In this document: positions 1 through 9,496 of the stretch, one piece after another
Position numbering within the stretch: position 1 is the stretch's first letter
Layout of the letters: every line of letters begins with the position of its first letter
Source of the DNA: Asaia bogorensis
GTDB lineage: Bacteria > Pseudomonadota > Alphaproteobacteria > Reyranellales > Reyranellaceae
Assembly (NCBI GenBank): GCA_945905835.1
Contig: CAMDQJ010000002.1
Location: forward strand, 14,684 to 78,683
DNA: 64,000 nucleotides
Direction of reading: 5' to 3'
Program-made: the position numbers and the translations under genes
Notes under the pieces: model-generated
What the model saw: only the letters and a program-made list of their open reading frames with translations
Told to the model about the DNA's origin: nothing
Databases searched by the model: none

Positions 1-2217
1 GGCCGGCCCGGGAAAATCGAGATCATCGCCACCAAGCCGCTGGTCACCCAGCGCGACCTGGCGCTCGCCTATTCGCCGGGCGTCGCCGCCCCCTGCCTGG
101 AAATCGCCAAGGATCCCTCGACCGCTTACGACTACACCGTCCGCGGCAACCTCGTCGCCGTGATCTCCAACGGCACCGCGGTGCTGGGCCTGGGCGACAT
201 CGGTGCACTCGCTAGCAAGCCGGTAATGGAGGGCAAGGCCGTCCTCTTCAAGCGCTTCGCCGACGTCGACTGCATAGACATCGAGGTCGACACCAAGGAC
301 GTCGACCAGTTCGTCAATTCCGTGCGCTATCTCGGGCCGACCTTCGGCGGCATCAACCTCGAGGACATCAAGGCGCCGGAGTGCTTCATCATCGAGCAGC
401 GCCTGCGCGAGCTGATGGACATCCCGATCTTCCACGACGACCAGCACGGCACCGCCATCGTCTCCGCCGCCGGCCTGATCAACGCCCTGCATCTCACCGG
501 CCGCAATCTCAAGGACATCAAGATGGTGGTGAACGGCGCCGGGGCGGCGTCGATCGCCTGTATCGAGCTGGTCAAGGCGATGGGCCTGCCACACGAGAAC
601 GCCATCCTCTGCGACACCAAGGGCGTCATCTACCAGGGCCGCACCGAGGGCATGAACCAGTGGAAGAGTGCCCACGCCGTGCGCACCAAGGCGCGCACGC
701 TGGAAGAGGCCATGAAGGGCGCCGACGTGTTCTTCGGCCTCTCGGTCAAGGGCGCCGTCAGCAAGGAGATGGTCCAGTCTATGGCCGCCAAGCCGATCAT
801 CTTCGCCATGGCCAATCCCGACCCCGAGATCACGCCCGAGGATGTCCGCTCGGTGCGCGCCGACGCCATCATCGCCACCGGCCGCAGTGATTACGCCAAC
901 CAGATCAACAACGTGCTGGGCTTCCCCTATATCTTCCGGGGCGCCCTCGACGTGCGCGCCAGCACCATCAACGAGGAGATGAAGGTCGCTGCAGCAGAGG
1001 CTTTGGCCAAGCTCGCGCGTGAGGACGTGCCGGACGAGGTCGACCGCGCCTATTCTGGCCGCCGCCTGCGCTATGGGCCGGAATACGTCGTGCCGGTGCC
1101 GTTCGATCCGCGCCTGATTTCGGCGGTATCGTCGGCGGTGGCACAGGCCGCGATGGATTCCGGCGTGGCGCGCAAGCCGATCGCCGACATGGCGGAATAC
1201 CGCCGCATGCTGTCGGGCCGCCTCGATCCGACCAGTCACTGGCTGCAAAGCCTGTTCGAGCAGGTGAAGGCCAACCCGCGCCGCATCGTCTTCGCCGAGG
1301 GCGAGGAGGAACGCGTCATCCGCGCCGCCGTGATGTACCGCGACAACGGCTACGGCACGCCGATCCTGATCGGCCGCGAGGAGCAGGTGTGCGAGACCAT
1401 GAAGGGGCTCGGCATCAACGACGCCTCGGGTCTGGAAATCCATAATGCGCGGCTGTCGACGCGCAACGCGCCCTACACCGACCTCGTCTACAAGCGCCTG
1501 CAGCGCGACGGCTATCTGCGCCGCGACGTGCAGCGCATGGTCAACCAGGGCCGCAACGTGTTCGGCGCCTGCATGGTCGCCGCCGGCGACGCCGACGGCA
1601 TGGTAACCGGCATCACGCGGCGCTTTCCCGAGTGCTACACCGATGTGAAGCGCGTGATCGACGTGCAGCCCGACAAGGTGCCGATCGGCTATTCCATCGT
1701 CGTGGCGCGCCACGGCACGGTGTTCCTGGCCGACACCTCGATCAACGAGACGCCGACGGCCGAGCAGCTCGCCACCATCGCCCGCCAGATGGCGCGCAAC
1801 GCCCGCCAGATGGGCCACAATCCGCGCGTGGCGTTCCTTAGCTTCTCCAATTTCGGCAGCCGCGAGATCGAGCGCATCGACCGCATCCGCAAGGCGATCC
1901 GCATCCTCGAGGCCGAAAAGGTGGATTTCGAGTTCGACGGTGAGATGCAGGCCGACATGGCGCTCGACTACGAGCTGCTGTGCGAAACCTATCCGTTCTG
2001 CCGCCTGACCGGCCCGGCCAATGTGCTGATCATGCCAGGCCTGCATTCGGCGCATATTTCATCGCGCTTGCTGCAGCGGCTGGGCGACGTCACGGTGATC
2101 GGCCCTGTCATCGACGGCCTCGCCAAGCCAGTGCAGATCGTCCAGATGGGCGCTACCGTGAGCGACCTCGTCAATCATGCAGCACTTGCCGCCTACGCCT
2201 CGTTGAGTGGGAGATAA
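1..2217 (+). CDS. maeB: NADP-dependent malic enzyme (malic enzyme domain plus phosphate-acetyltransferase-like domain), 5' end outside window
   Basis: Frame 1 is open from base 1 ([32 protein letters not shown]...) and runs into the 160..2217 ORF. It has the VVNGAGAA dinucleotide-binding motif and a long C-terminal PTA-like region. TAA stop at 2215-2217. Confidence 0.9.
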   Translation, partial: GRPGKIEIIATKPLVTQRDLALAYSPGVAAPCLEIAKDPSTAYDYTVRGNLVAVISNGTAVLGLGDIGALASKPVMEGKAVLFKRFADVDCIDIEVDTKDVDQFVNSVRYLGPTFGGINLEDIKAPECFIIEQRLRELMDIPIFHDDQHGTAIVSAAGLINALHLTGRNLKDIKMVVNGAGAASIACIELVKAMGLPHENAILCDTKGVIYQGRTEGMNQWKSAHAVRTKARTLEEAMKGADVFFGLSVKGAVSKEMVQSMAAKPIIFAMANPDPEITPEDVRSVRADAIIATGRSDYANQINNVLGFPYIFRGALDVRASTINEEMKVAAAEALAKLAREDVPDEVDRAYSGRRLRYGPEYVVPVPFDPRLISAVSSAVAQAAMDSGVARKPIADMAEYRRMLSGRLDPTSHWLQSLFEQVKANPRRIVFAEGEEERVIRAAVMYRDNGYGTPILIGREEQVCETMKGLGINDASGLEIHNARLSTRNAPYTDLVYKRLQRDGYLRRDVQRMVNQGRNVFGACMVAAGDADGMVTGITRRFPECYTDVKRVIDVQPDKVPIGYSIVVARHGTVFLADTSINETPTAEQLATIARQMARNARQMGHNPRVAFLSFSNFGSREIERIDRIRKAIRILEAEKVDFEFDGEMQADMALDYELLCETYPFCRLTGPANVLIMPGLHSAHISSRLLQRLGDVTVIGPVIDGLAKPVQIVQMGATVSDLVNHAALAAYASLSGR

Positions 2218-2227
2218 CCGGTCGACT

Positions 2228-2330
2228 GTCGTCCTGAGGCGCAGCCGAAGGACCTCGCCGAACGACCATACACGGACCGCGGAACCGAGCGCGCGGCTAG
2301 CGTGAGATCCTTCGCTTCGCTCAGGATGAC
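2228..2330. repeat. Inverted pair of REP-like palindromic units flanking a ~47-bp spacer
   Basis: GTCGTCCTGAGGCGCAGCCGAAGGACCTC at 2228-2256. The reverse complement of 2304-2330 reads GTCATCCTGAGCGAAGCGAAGGATCTC. Same TCCTGAG...CGAAGGA core as the element at 61438-61480. Lies in the maeB/amidohydrolase intergenic region. Confidence 0.5.
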
Positions 2331-2348
2331 ATTTGGAGGAGCCCCCTC

Positions 2349-4070
2349 ATGTACGATCTGGTGATTCGCGGCGCGACTATCGTCGACGGCCTGGGACACG
2401 AACCGAAACGAGCCGACCTCGCGGTCAAGGACGGCCGCATCTCCAACATCGGCGACATCAAGGAAAAGGGCACGGAAAACGTCGACGCCGGGGGCCTCAC
2501 GCTGTCGCCCGGCATCATCGACGTGCACACCCACTACGACGCGCAGATCACCTGGGATCCCACCCTCTCGCCCTCGCCGTCGCTCGGCGTGACCACGGCG
2601 GTGATGGGCAATTGCGGCTTCGGCATCGTACCGGCGCCGCCCAGCGCGCGCGACCTCGTGATCCGCAATCTCTCGGTCGTCGAGGGCATGGACCTCGACG
2701 CGCTGCGCACCGGCATCCAGTGGGATTTCGAAAGCTTTGGCGACTACATGGGCTCGCTGCGCAAGCGTGGTCCCTACGCCAATGTCGCCGTGCTGGCCGG
2801 CCATTCGACCATCCGCACCGCCGTCATGGGCGAGGCTGCCTCGCAGCGCGCCGACGCCACGCCCGAAGAGCTCGCCAAGATGAAGGCGATGGTGGCCGAT
2901 GCCATGGCCAATGGTGCCATCGGGCTCGGCGCTTCCTACTCGCTCAACCATTCCGGCTTCGGCGGCGTGCCGATGCCGTCGACCATCGCACCGATGTCGG
3001 AACTCGATGCACTCGTTGGCGCCATGGGCCCGCGCGGGCGCGGCGTCATCGCCATTGCCTCGGGCATCAAGACGCCGGAAGAGCTCGAGCCGATGGCCGC
3101 CAAGCACGGCCGGCCGTTTTTCCAGGGCACCGGCATGGCGATGTACAATGAGCAGGAGCCGGCGCGGGCCATGCGCATCTTTGATGCCTGCGCCGCCGCC
3201 ATCCGCCGCGGCAACGGGCTCTACGTCCAGATCCCCTGTCAACCGCTGTCCTTCGACTTCACGATGGCCAACGCCTATCCGTTCTACAGCCACTCGGTGT
3301 TCGACCCGATCAAGGCCTACACGCCCGAGCAGTTGAAGGGCGTTTATCGCGACCCGTCATGGCGCGCCAAGTTCCGCGAAAATGCCAAGAACCCGCGGCC
3401 GGGCATGATCTTCCAGGGCAACTGGGATCGCGTGATGGTGGCGGTGGCCCAGAAGGAATCGAACGCCAAGTACGTCAACCGCTACCTGCATGAGATCGCC
3501 AAGGCCGAGAGCCGCGATCCGCTCGACATCATGCTCGACATCAGCCTCGACGAGAATCTCGAGACGGCCTTCCTCGGCCGCTTCCTCAATGTCGGCGACG
3601 ATGGCGTGGCCAAGCTCCTGAAGCACGAGGCGGGCGTCGTCGCTCTCTCCGATGCCGGCGCCCATCTCATCTATATGTGCGATGCCGGTTTTGGCCTGCA
3701 CTTCCTGGCGCGCTGGGTGCGCGAGCGCGGCGACTTCGACATCGTCGAGGGCATCCGCCGCCTCACCAGCCATCCCGCCGGCCTCTACGGTATCAAGGAC
3801 CGCGGTTACATCGCGCTCGGCGCCCATGCCGACCTGCTGCTGTTCGATCCCGCCACGGTGGGTGTGGGCCCGGCGCAGCGCGTCGCCGACCTGCCGGGCG
3901 GCGGGCGGCGCACCATCCGCAAGCCCACGGGCGTGCATGGCGTGTTCTGCAACGGCATCAAAACCTTCGACGGCAAGGACTATCCGCGCCACGCCAAGGG
4001 CCCCGGCCAGGCGCTCGACAAGTTCAACTCCTCGCAGGGGCAGCACGCGGCGGCCATCGCGGCGCAATAA
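2349..4070 (+). CDS. N-acyl-D-amino-acid deacylase family amidohydrolase (D-aminoacylase-like)
   Basis: 573-aa ORF. N-terminus MYDLVIRGATIVDGLG...GIIDVHTHYD is typical of the metal-dependent amidohydrolase/D-aminoacylase family. GGAGGA Shine-Dalgarno sequence precedes the ATG. Confidence 0.8.
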   Translation: MYDLVIRGATIVDGLGHEPKRADLAVKDGRISNIGDIKEKGTENVDAGGLTLSPGIIDVHTHYDAQITWDPTLSPSPSLGVTTAVMGNCGFGIVPAPPSARDLVIRNLSVVEGMDLDALRTGIQWDFESFGDYMGSLRKRGPYANVAVLAGHSTIRTAVMGEAASQRADATPEELAKMKAMVADAMANGAIGLGASYSLNHSGFGGVPMPSTIAPMSELDALVGAMGPRGRGVIAIASGIKTPEELEPMAAKHGRPFFQGTGMAMYNEQEPARAMRIFDACAAAIRRGNGLYVQIPCQPLSFDFTMANAYPFYSHSVFDPIKAYTPEQLKGVYRDPSWRAKFRENAKNPRPGMIFQGNWDRVMVAVAQKESNAKYVNRYLHEIAKAESRDPLDIMLDISLDENLETAFLGRFLNVGDDGVAKLLKHEAGVVALSDAGAHLIYMCDAGFGLHFLARWVRERGDFDIVEGIRRLTSHPAGLYGIKDRGYIALGAHADLLLFDPATVGVGPAQRVADLPGGGRRTIRKPTGVHGVFCNGIKTFDGKDYPRHAKGPGQALDKFNSSQGQHAAAIAAQ

Positions 4071-4185
4071 CCGAGGCGCTTTTCGCCCCGGCAGAGCCGG
4101 TATATAATTTCAACCAACGAGACAAACAAACCGTAAATTCCACGCCTCGGGAGGGTGCACGGTCGGCCAGCACTGGCGCACCTAC

Positions 4186-4284
4186 ATGCCTTACCTATTC
4201 GCACTGATGGTCGGGCTGATGCTGATCATCCTGTTCCCGCAGCTCTCGCTGTTTCTGCCGAGGAGCGCAGGCTTTATCAAATAG
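4186..4284 (+). pseudogene. 3'-terminal stub of a TRAP transporter large permease (DctM-like)
   Basis: 32 codons, MPYLFALMVGLMLIILFPQLSLFLPRSAGFIK*, resemble the last transmembrane helix and tail of DctM. No upstream coding continuation and no dctP or dctQ nearby. Confidence 0.45.
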
Positions 4285-4326
4285 GCCGGGTTCTCACCGG
4301 AATCTCACCCAGGTGAGACGCCTCCG

Positions 4327-4348
4327 ATGCCGATGGTATCGGCATTTT
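4327..4348 (+). terminator. Hairpin plus T-run, possible intrinsic terminator left behind the TRAP stub
   Basis: ATGCCGAT-GGT-ATCGGCAT stem-loop followed by TTTT. Confidence 0.4.
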
Positions 4349-4449
4349 ACGCGATGCGTCTTACTTTCTCACCGCTCCCCCCTGGAAGTCTGCCAATGCA
4401 GACTTTGAGCGGCTTCCGGTTGAGCGGCCTCATCAGGGACGGGTGCGCT

Positions 4450-5385
4450 TTAGGCCAAACCGCCCCGCGCGCGGCGGGCTTCGTAGGCCTGCAGGTGGGC
4501 ATAGGCGAAGCGCAGGTTGGGAGCGGCGATGCCGGCCTTGCGGGCGCGGGCCAGCATGTCTCCGACGACCTGCTTGCTCTCGACCGGCCCGCCCTTCTCG
4601 AGATCGCCCAGGATCGAGGCGACGATCCTGGAACCCTTGGTCGTGACGCCGGTCTTGATGGCGGTCAGGGCCTTCTCGCTGGGGTCATGGCCTTCCGACG
4701 CGGCGACCTTGCGGCATTCCTCCAGCGTCTCGAGCATGATCGCCTCGCCCTCGTCGGCCGAAAGAATGTCGCCCGCGTTGCCGCGCATCGACGTGCACAT
4801 AGCGGCGAAGGCGGCCAGCATGATCCACTTATCCCAGAGATCCTGGTTGATGTTGGGATTCAGCCCGCCGTCGATGCCGGCATTCTTGCAGGCGGCATCG
4901 AGCTCGACCAGCGAGGGCCGACCGGGCGTGCCGTCGCGCTCGCCGAAGGAAACGCCGGCAAACGGCGTGGAGTGCATGATCTCGCCATTGGGGCCCAACT
5001 TGCTGCCGATGCGGGCGAGGCCGCCCGCGACTTTCGCCGCGCCGAACTTCTTGTCGAGCGTGGCGAAATGGGCGTGGCCGTTCAGCATCGGCACGATGGT
5101 CGTGTTCGGCCCGACCGCGGCGGCGATCGACTCGATCGCCGAATCGAGGTCGTAGGCCTTGCAGGCGAGGATGACGATATCGTAGGGCCCGCCCTCGCTG
5201 CCCTTGGTCACGACCTTGACCGGCAGGACGGCGTCGCCTTTCGGGCTTTTAACGACCAGGCCCTCCTTGCGCACTTTCTCGGCACGCTTCTCGCGCAGCA
5301 AAAAGGTGATGTCGGTGCCGCTCTGGTGCATGCGCGCACCCCAGTAACCGCCGACCGCGCCGGCGCCGAGAATGAGAACTTTCAC
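4450..5385 (-). CDS. 2-dehydropantoate 2-reductase family (ketopantoate reductase, PanE/ApbA)
   Basis: VKVLILGAGAVGGYWGARM Rossmann N-terminus. GTG start at 5385 preceded by AAGGAG. The longer ORF up to 5505 has a non-protein-like N-terminus. Confidence 0.8.
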   Translation of the reverse strand: MKVLILGAGAVGGYWGARMHQSGTDITFLLREKRAEKVRKEGLVVKSPKGDAVLPVKVVTKGSEGGPYDIVILACKAYDLDSAIESIAAAVGPNTTIVPMLNGHAHFATLDKKFGAAKVAGGLARIGSKLGPNGEIMHSTPFAGVSFGERDGTPGRPSLVELDAACKNAGIDGGLNPNINQDLWDKWIMLAAFAAMCTSMRGNAGDILSADEGEAIMLETLEECRKVAASEGHDPSEKALTAIKTGVTTKGSRIVASILGDLEKGGPVESKQVVGDMLARARKAGIAAPNLRFAYAHLQAYEARRARGGLA

Positions 5386-6074
5386 GTCTTGCTCCTTTGA
5401 GCGATCCACTCGGCGAGCCAGGTCGCGAGGTCGTCGGTCTGGTGATGGATATGATCGAGGTTGATGTCGGCCGCCCGCTTCACGCTCTCCTCGGTGCGGA
5501 TCCACACCGTGCGCATGCCCATGTCGTGAGCGGGCTTCAGGTTGATGGCGATGTCGTCGGCGAACGCGGCCTTCTTGGGATCAACGCCGTGCCGACGCAC
5601 CAGCTCGTCGTAGATCTGCCGGTGCGGCTTGGGCCAGTAGTCGCCGGCCACGATGTCGAAGATCGCCTCGAAATGGTGGGCGACGCCCAGCCGTTCCATG
5701 ACGCGCTCGGCGTGCGGCACGTCGCCGGCGGTGAAGATGATCTTTCGGCCGGGCAGCCTGGCCAGCGACGCCTCGAGGTCGGGACTGTGCGGCACCGGCG
5801 AATAGTCGATGTCATGGACGTAGTCGAGGTAGTGCTTGGGGTCGACGCCGTGCAGGCTCATCATGCCGCGCATCGAGGTCCCGTAGTCGCGCCAGTACTG
5901 CTTCTGCACGACCCGCGCCTGTTCCGGTGTCACCTTCAGCCAGTCCGAGATATAGGCGCCGATGCGCACGTCGATCTGGGCGAACAGGTTGCAGCGCGCC
6001 GGATAGAGCGTGTTGTCGAGGTCGAACAGCCAGACGTCGGGGTCGTGGGCGGGGCCGGCAACGGGGAAAATCAT
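5382..6074 (-). CDS. Pyrimidine 5'-nucleotidase (HAD superfamily)
   Basis: WLFDLDNTLY HAD motif I and a family-typical length of 230 aa. The stop overlaps the downstream GTG start (GTGA). Confidence 0.8.
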   Translation of the reverse strand: MIFPVAGPAHDPDVWLFDLDNTLYPARCNLFAQIDVRIGAYISDWLKVTPEQARVVQKQYWRDYGTSMRGMMSLHGVDPKHYLDYVHDIDYSPVPHSPDLEASLARLPGRKIIFTAGDVPHAERVMERLGVAHHFEAIFDIVAGDYWPKPHRQIYDELVRRHGVDPKKAAFADDIAINLKPAHDMGMRTVWIRTEESVKRAADINLDHIHHQTDDLATWLAEWIAQRSKT

Positions 6075-6098
6075 GGGGATTTTGATTAACCGGCAGCC

Positions 6099-7241
6099 GT
6101 GCGCTTGTCGAGGTGGCGGAATATAAAGGAAGCAATGGATTCGCTGATCGCCCGTCTGCAGAGCGACCCTACCTTCGCCGCCCTCGCCGGCGCGACCGGG
6201 CTCGCGATCGTGCTGCTTCTGCTGGTTTTCTGGCGGCTGGGCGAGCGCAGCGGCGAAACGGCGCGCGACCTGGCGCGGCGGCGCGACGAGGCCGACACCA
6301 TGCGTGAGCAGCTCGCCCTGGCGCTCAGCCAGCAGGCCGAGACCATGCAGCGTGTCGAGCGCTCGCTGCGCGAGCAGGAACAGTCGCTGGGCAAGGTGGT
6401 CGACGAACGGCTCGACCGTACCGAGAAGGCGACGGGCGCCATCGTCACCGACCTGCGCGAGCGGCTGGTGCGCATCGACGAGGCGCAGAAGAAGATCGGC
6501 GAGCTCTCGACCCAGGTCGTCAACCTGCAGGAGGTGCTGTCCAACAAGCAGGCGCGCGGCGCCTTCGGCGAGGTGCAGCTGAACGACCTGGTGCAGACCG
6601 CGCTGCCCGCCGAGGCCTACGAATTCCAGTGCACGCTCTCGACCGGCGTGCGCGTCGACTGCCTGTTGAAGCTGCCCAATCCGCCGGGCTCAATCGCCAT
6701 CGACGCCAAGTTCCCGCTCGAGAGCTACCGCATCCTGCGCGCGATAGAGCCGGGCGACCCGCAATTGATGGCCGCCGCGCAGCGCGGCTTCCAGCAGGCG
6801 ATGCGCAAGCACATCAACGATATCCGCGACAAGTACATCATCGCCGGCGAGACGGCCGAGTCGGCGCTATTGTTCCTGCCGTCCGAGGCGATCTACGCCG
6901 AGCTGCATGCAAACTATTCAGGCGTGATTGACGAGTCCTACCGCGCCCGTGTCTGGATCGTCTCGCCCACCACCATGATGGCGACACTCAACACCGTGCG
7001 TGCCGTGCTGAAGGACGTGCGCATGCGCGAGCAGGCCGGGGCGATTCAGAAGCTGGTCGGATTGCTCCTGGCCGATGTGCGTCGACTGGATGACAGAGTC
7101 GAGAAACTGAAAACGCACTTCGGCCAGACCGAAAAAGATTTGCGCGAGGTCGATGTCTCGGCCGACCAGATCATCCGCCGTGGCGAACGCATCCTCGCCA
7201 CCGATCTCGGCGAGGAACAAACCGTTCTGCCGAAGCCCTAG
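6099..7241 (+). CDS. rmuC: DNA recombination protein RmuC
   Basis: N-terminal TM segment and coiled-coil, then [10 protein letters not shown]...[10 protein letters not shown], characteristic of RmuC. TAG stop at 7239-7241. The start could instead be the internal ATG at 6135. Confidence 0.85.
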   Translation: MRLSRWRNIKEAMDSLIARLQSDPTFAALAGATGLAIVLLLLVFWRLGERSGETARDLARRRDEADTMREQLALALSQQAETMQRVERSLREQEQSLGKVVDERLDRTEKATGAIVTDLRERLVRIDEAQKKIGELSTQVVNLQEVLSNKQARGAFGEVQLNDLVQTALPAEAYEFQCTLSTGVRVDCLLKLPNPPGSIAIDAKFPLESYRILRAIEPGDPQLMAAAQRGFQQAMRKHINDIRDKYIIAGETAESALLFLPSEAIYAELHANYSGVIDESYRARVWIVSPTTMMATLNTVRAVLKDVRMREQAGAIQKLVGLLLADVRRLDDRVEKLKTHFGQTEKDLREVDVSADQIIRRGERILATDLGEEQTVLPKP

Positions 7242-8114
7242 TCCCAGGGTCCGCGGCGCGGCGTCTGCGGGGCGGCGCCCCACGGGTTGGCCGCAGGACG
7301 CGGCGGCGGCGCAGCCCGCACCTGGCCCGCCATCGCCTGCAGGCGCGCGATGCGCTCCTCCATCGGCGGATGAGTCGAGAACAGGCCCGACAAGCCGCCC
7401 ATCGCTGCCCGCGGGTTGGCGATATAGAGGTGCGCCGTTGCGGGGTGGGCTTCGGCCACCCGATTGGGGATCTGCTGCGCGCCAGCCTGCAGCTTGGCAA
7501 GTGCGGAGGCAAGCCGCAGCGGCTGGCCGCTGATCTCTGCGCCCATGCGGTCGGCCTCATATTCGCGGCTGCGGCTGATCGCCATCTGCACCAGAGAGGC
7601 AGCGAGCGGCGCCAGGATCATGGCGGCGATGGCCGCAATCGGGCTCACCGGCGGCCGGCCGCTCGCGCCGCGGCCGCCGCCGAACACAACCCACCGAAAC
7701 TCGTGAGCATGCCGATGGCGCCCACCAGCGTGGCGGCAATCGTCATGGTGAGCGTGTCGCGATGGCGGACGTGGCCGAGCTCATGCGCCATCACGCCGGT
7801 GATTTCCTCGCGGCTGAGGTTGCGCAGCAGGCCGGTGGTCGCGGCGACCGCGGCATGCTCGGGATCGCGGCCGGTAGCGAAGGCGTTGGGCTGATCCTCG
7901 TCGATCAGATAGACGCGCGGCATCGGCAGGCCGGCACGCTGCGCTAGGTCATGCGCAGAACCATCTTGTCGGAGTTCCAGTAGGCGAAGAGGTTCATGCC
8001 GAGGGCCACGACCAGGGCCAGCACCAGGCCGACTTCGCCGCCCAGCAGATAGCCGACGACCAGGGGAAAGCCGGTCAGGCCGGCAAGCAGGACAGCCGTG
8101 CAAAAGTAGTTCAT
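7238..8114 (-). pseudogene. htpX: Zinc metalloprotease HtpX, disrupted (internal deletion, in-frame stop, second frame change)
   Basis: Three pieces in different frames. (1) 8114..7944: [26 protein letters not shown]...[13 protein letters not shown] then TAG. (2) ...[25 protein letters not shown]...[14 protein letters not shown] (HEXXH), part of ORF 7645..8103. (3) ORF 7238..7687: ...[24 protein letters not shown]...[10 protein letters not shown]. Confidence 0.8.
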
Positions 8115-8173
8115 GGCGGGAAAGGTCGTCCTGAACTGTAGCGCATCAAGGCCATAGCCCGCATCATGGGATC

Positions 8174-9496
8174 ATGCGCACAGATATCTTCCATCCCGAT
8201 TTTAAGGCCCAACCCTGGTGGTGGGAAGCCTGGACACCCAACACCGCTTTGTCGGTGGATCCGCCGGCACGGACCGACATCGTCATCGTTGGCGCCGGCT
8301 ATGGCGGGCTCTCGACGGCACTGGAGCTGCGGCGCAACGGCGTCGGCGCCGTCGTGCTGGAGCGCGGCGTGTTCGGCATCGGCGCCTCGACGCGCAATGG
8401 TGGCATGATCTCGGGCGGCACCAATTTGGGCAAAGGCCTTGGCGGCAAGAGCCCGATCGCCGACGAGTTCGAACGCAACAAGGCGGCCCTCATGGGCGCC
8501 GGCGCCGACTCGCTCACCGTGCTGGAGGACATCATCGCCCGCGAAGGCATCGAGTGCGGGCTACACAAGAACGGCCGCTTCGTCGGCGCCTGGACGCCCC
8601 GGCATTACGCCGACCTTGCGACCAAGGTCGAGACCTATAACAAATACGCCAATGCCGGCGCCTCGATGGTGCCGCGCGAACGCCAGCGCGAGTTCATCGC
8701 CTCGGACTATTATTACGGCGGCATGCATGCGACGCGCGCCGGCCACCTCCATCCCGCGCTCTACTACAAGGGCTTGCTTGAAGCCGCGCACAAGGCCGGC
8801 GCGATCCTCTGCGCCAATGTCGAGGCCGAGCGCATCGAGAAGACTTCCAAGGGTTGGCGCGTGCTGACCTCGAAGGGTCCGGTCGAGTGTCGCGAGGTCG
8901 TGGTCGCGACCAATGGCTACACCGGTGATCTGACGCCACGTCTGCAGCGGAGAGTCGTGCCGGTGGCCAGCCACATCATCGCAACCGAGGAGCTGCCCGA
9001 GCATGCCAGCAAGCTGATCCCCGAAATGCGCGCCGTCGGCGACACCAAGCGGGTGCTGACCTATTACCGGCCCTCGCCCGACGGCAAGCATCTGATCTTC
9101 GGCGGTCGCGCGCGCTTCACCGCCGCGCCGCCGGAAGTGAGTGCGCCGGCGCTCTACCAGTACATGATCGACCGTTTCCCGCAGCTCGACGGCATCCGCA
9201 TCACCCACGTGTGGACGGGCAATGTCGCCTTCGCGATCGACTACATGCCGCACATGGGCACCGACGAGGGCCTGCACTACCTGCTGGGCTGCAATGGCAC
9301 CGGCGTGGCCATGATGACCTATCTCGGCACGCAGACCGCCAAGAAGATCGCCGGCGGGCGCAACGAGCCGATAAACCCGCTCGACGGCCGCGCGTTCCCC
9401 GAACACCCGCTTTACAACGGCGATCCATGGTTCCTGCCGATGATCGGCGCCTGGTATCGCACCCGCGACTGGATCGACCGCCGGCTGGCCGGCTGA
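8174..9496 (+). CDS. FAD-dependent oxidoreductase (DAO family, gamma-glutamylputrescine-oxidase-like)
   Basis: DIVIVGAGYGGLSTALEL FAD-binding motif. 440 aa. Confidence 0.8.
   Translation: MRTDIFHPDFKAQPWWWEAWTPNTALSVDPPARTDIVIVGAGYGGLSTALELRRNGVGAVVLERGVFGIGASTRNGGMISGGTNLGKGLGGKSPIADEFERNKAALMGAGADSLTVLEDIIAREGIECGLHKNGRFVGAWTPRHYADLATKVETYNKYANAGASMVPRERQREFIASDYYYGGMHATRAGHLHPALYYKGLLEAAHKAGAILCANVEAERIEKTSKGWRVLTSKGPVECREVVVATNGYTGDLTPRLQRRVVPVASHIIATEELPEHASKLIPEMRAVGDTKRVLTYYRPSPDGKHLIFGGRARFTAAPPEVSAPALYQYMIDRFPQLDGIRITHVWTGNVAFAIDYMPHMGTDEGLHYLLGCNGTGVAMMTYLGTQTAKKIAGGRNEPINPLDGRAFPEHPLYNGDPWFLPMIGAWYRTRDWIDRRLAG

Noticed and set aside
5498-5506. GGATCCACA DnaA-box-like 9-mer.
   Set aside because: It is an isolated hit inside the pyrimidine nucleotidase coding sequence with no accompanying boxes or AT-rich element.
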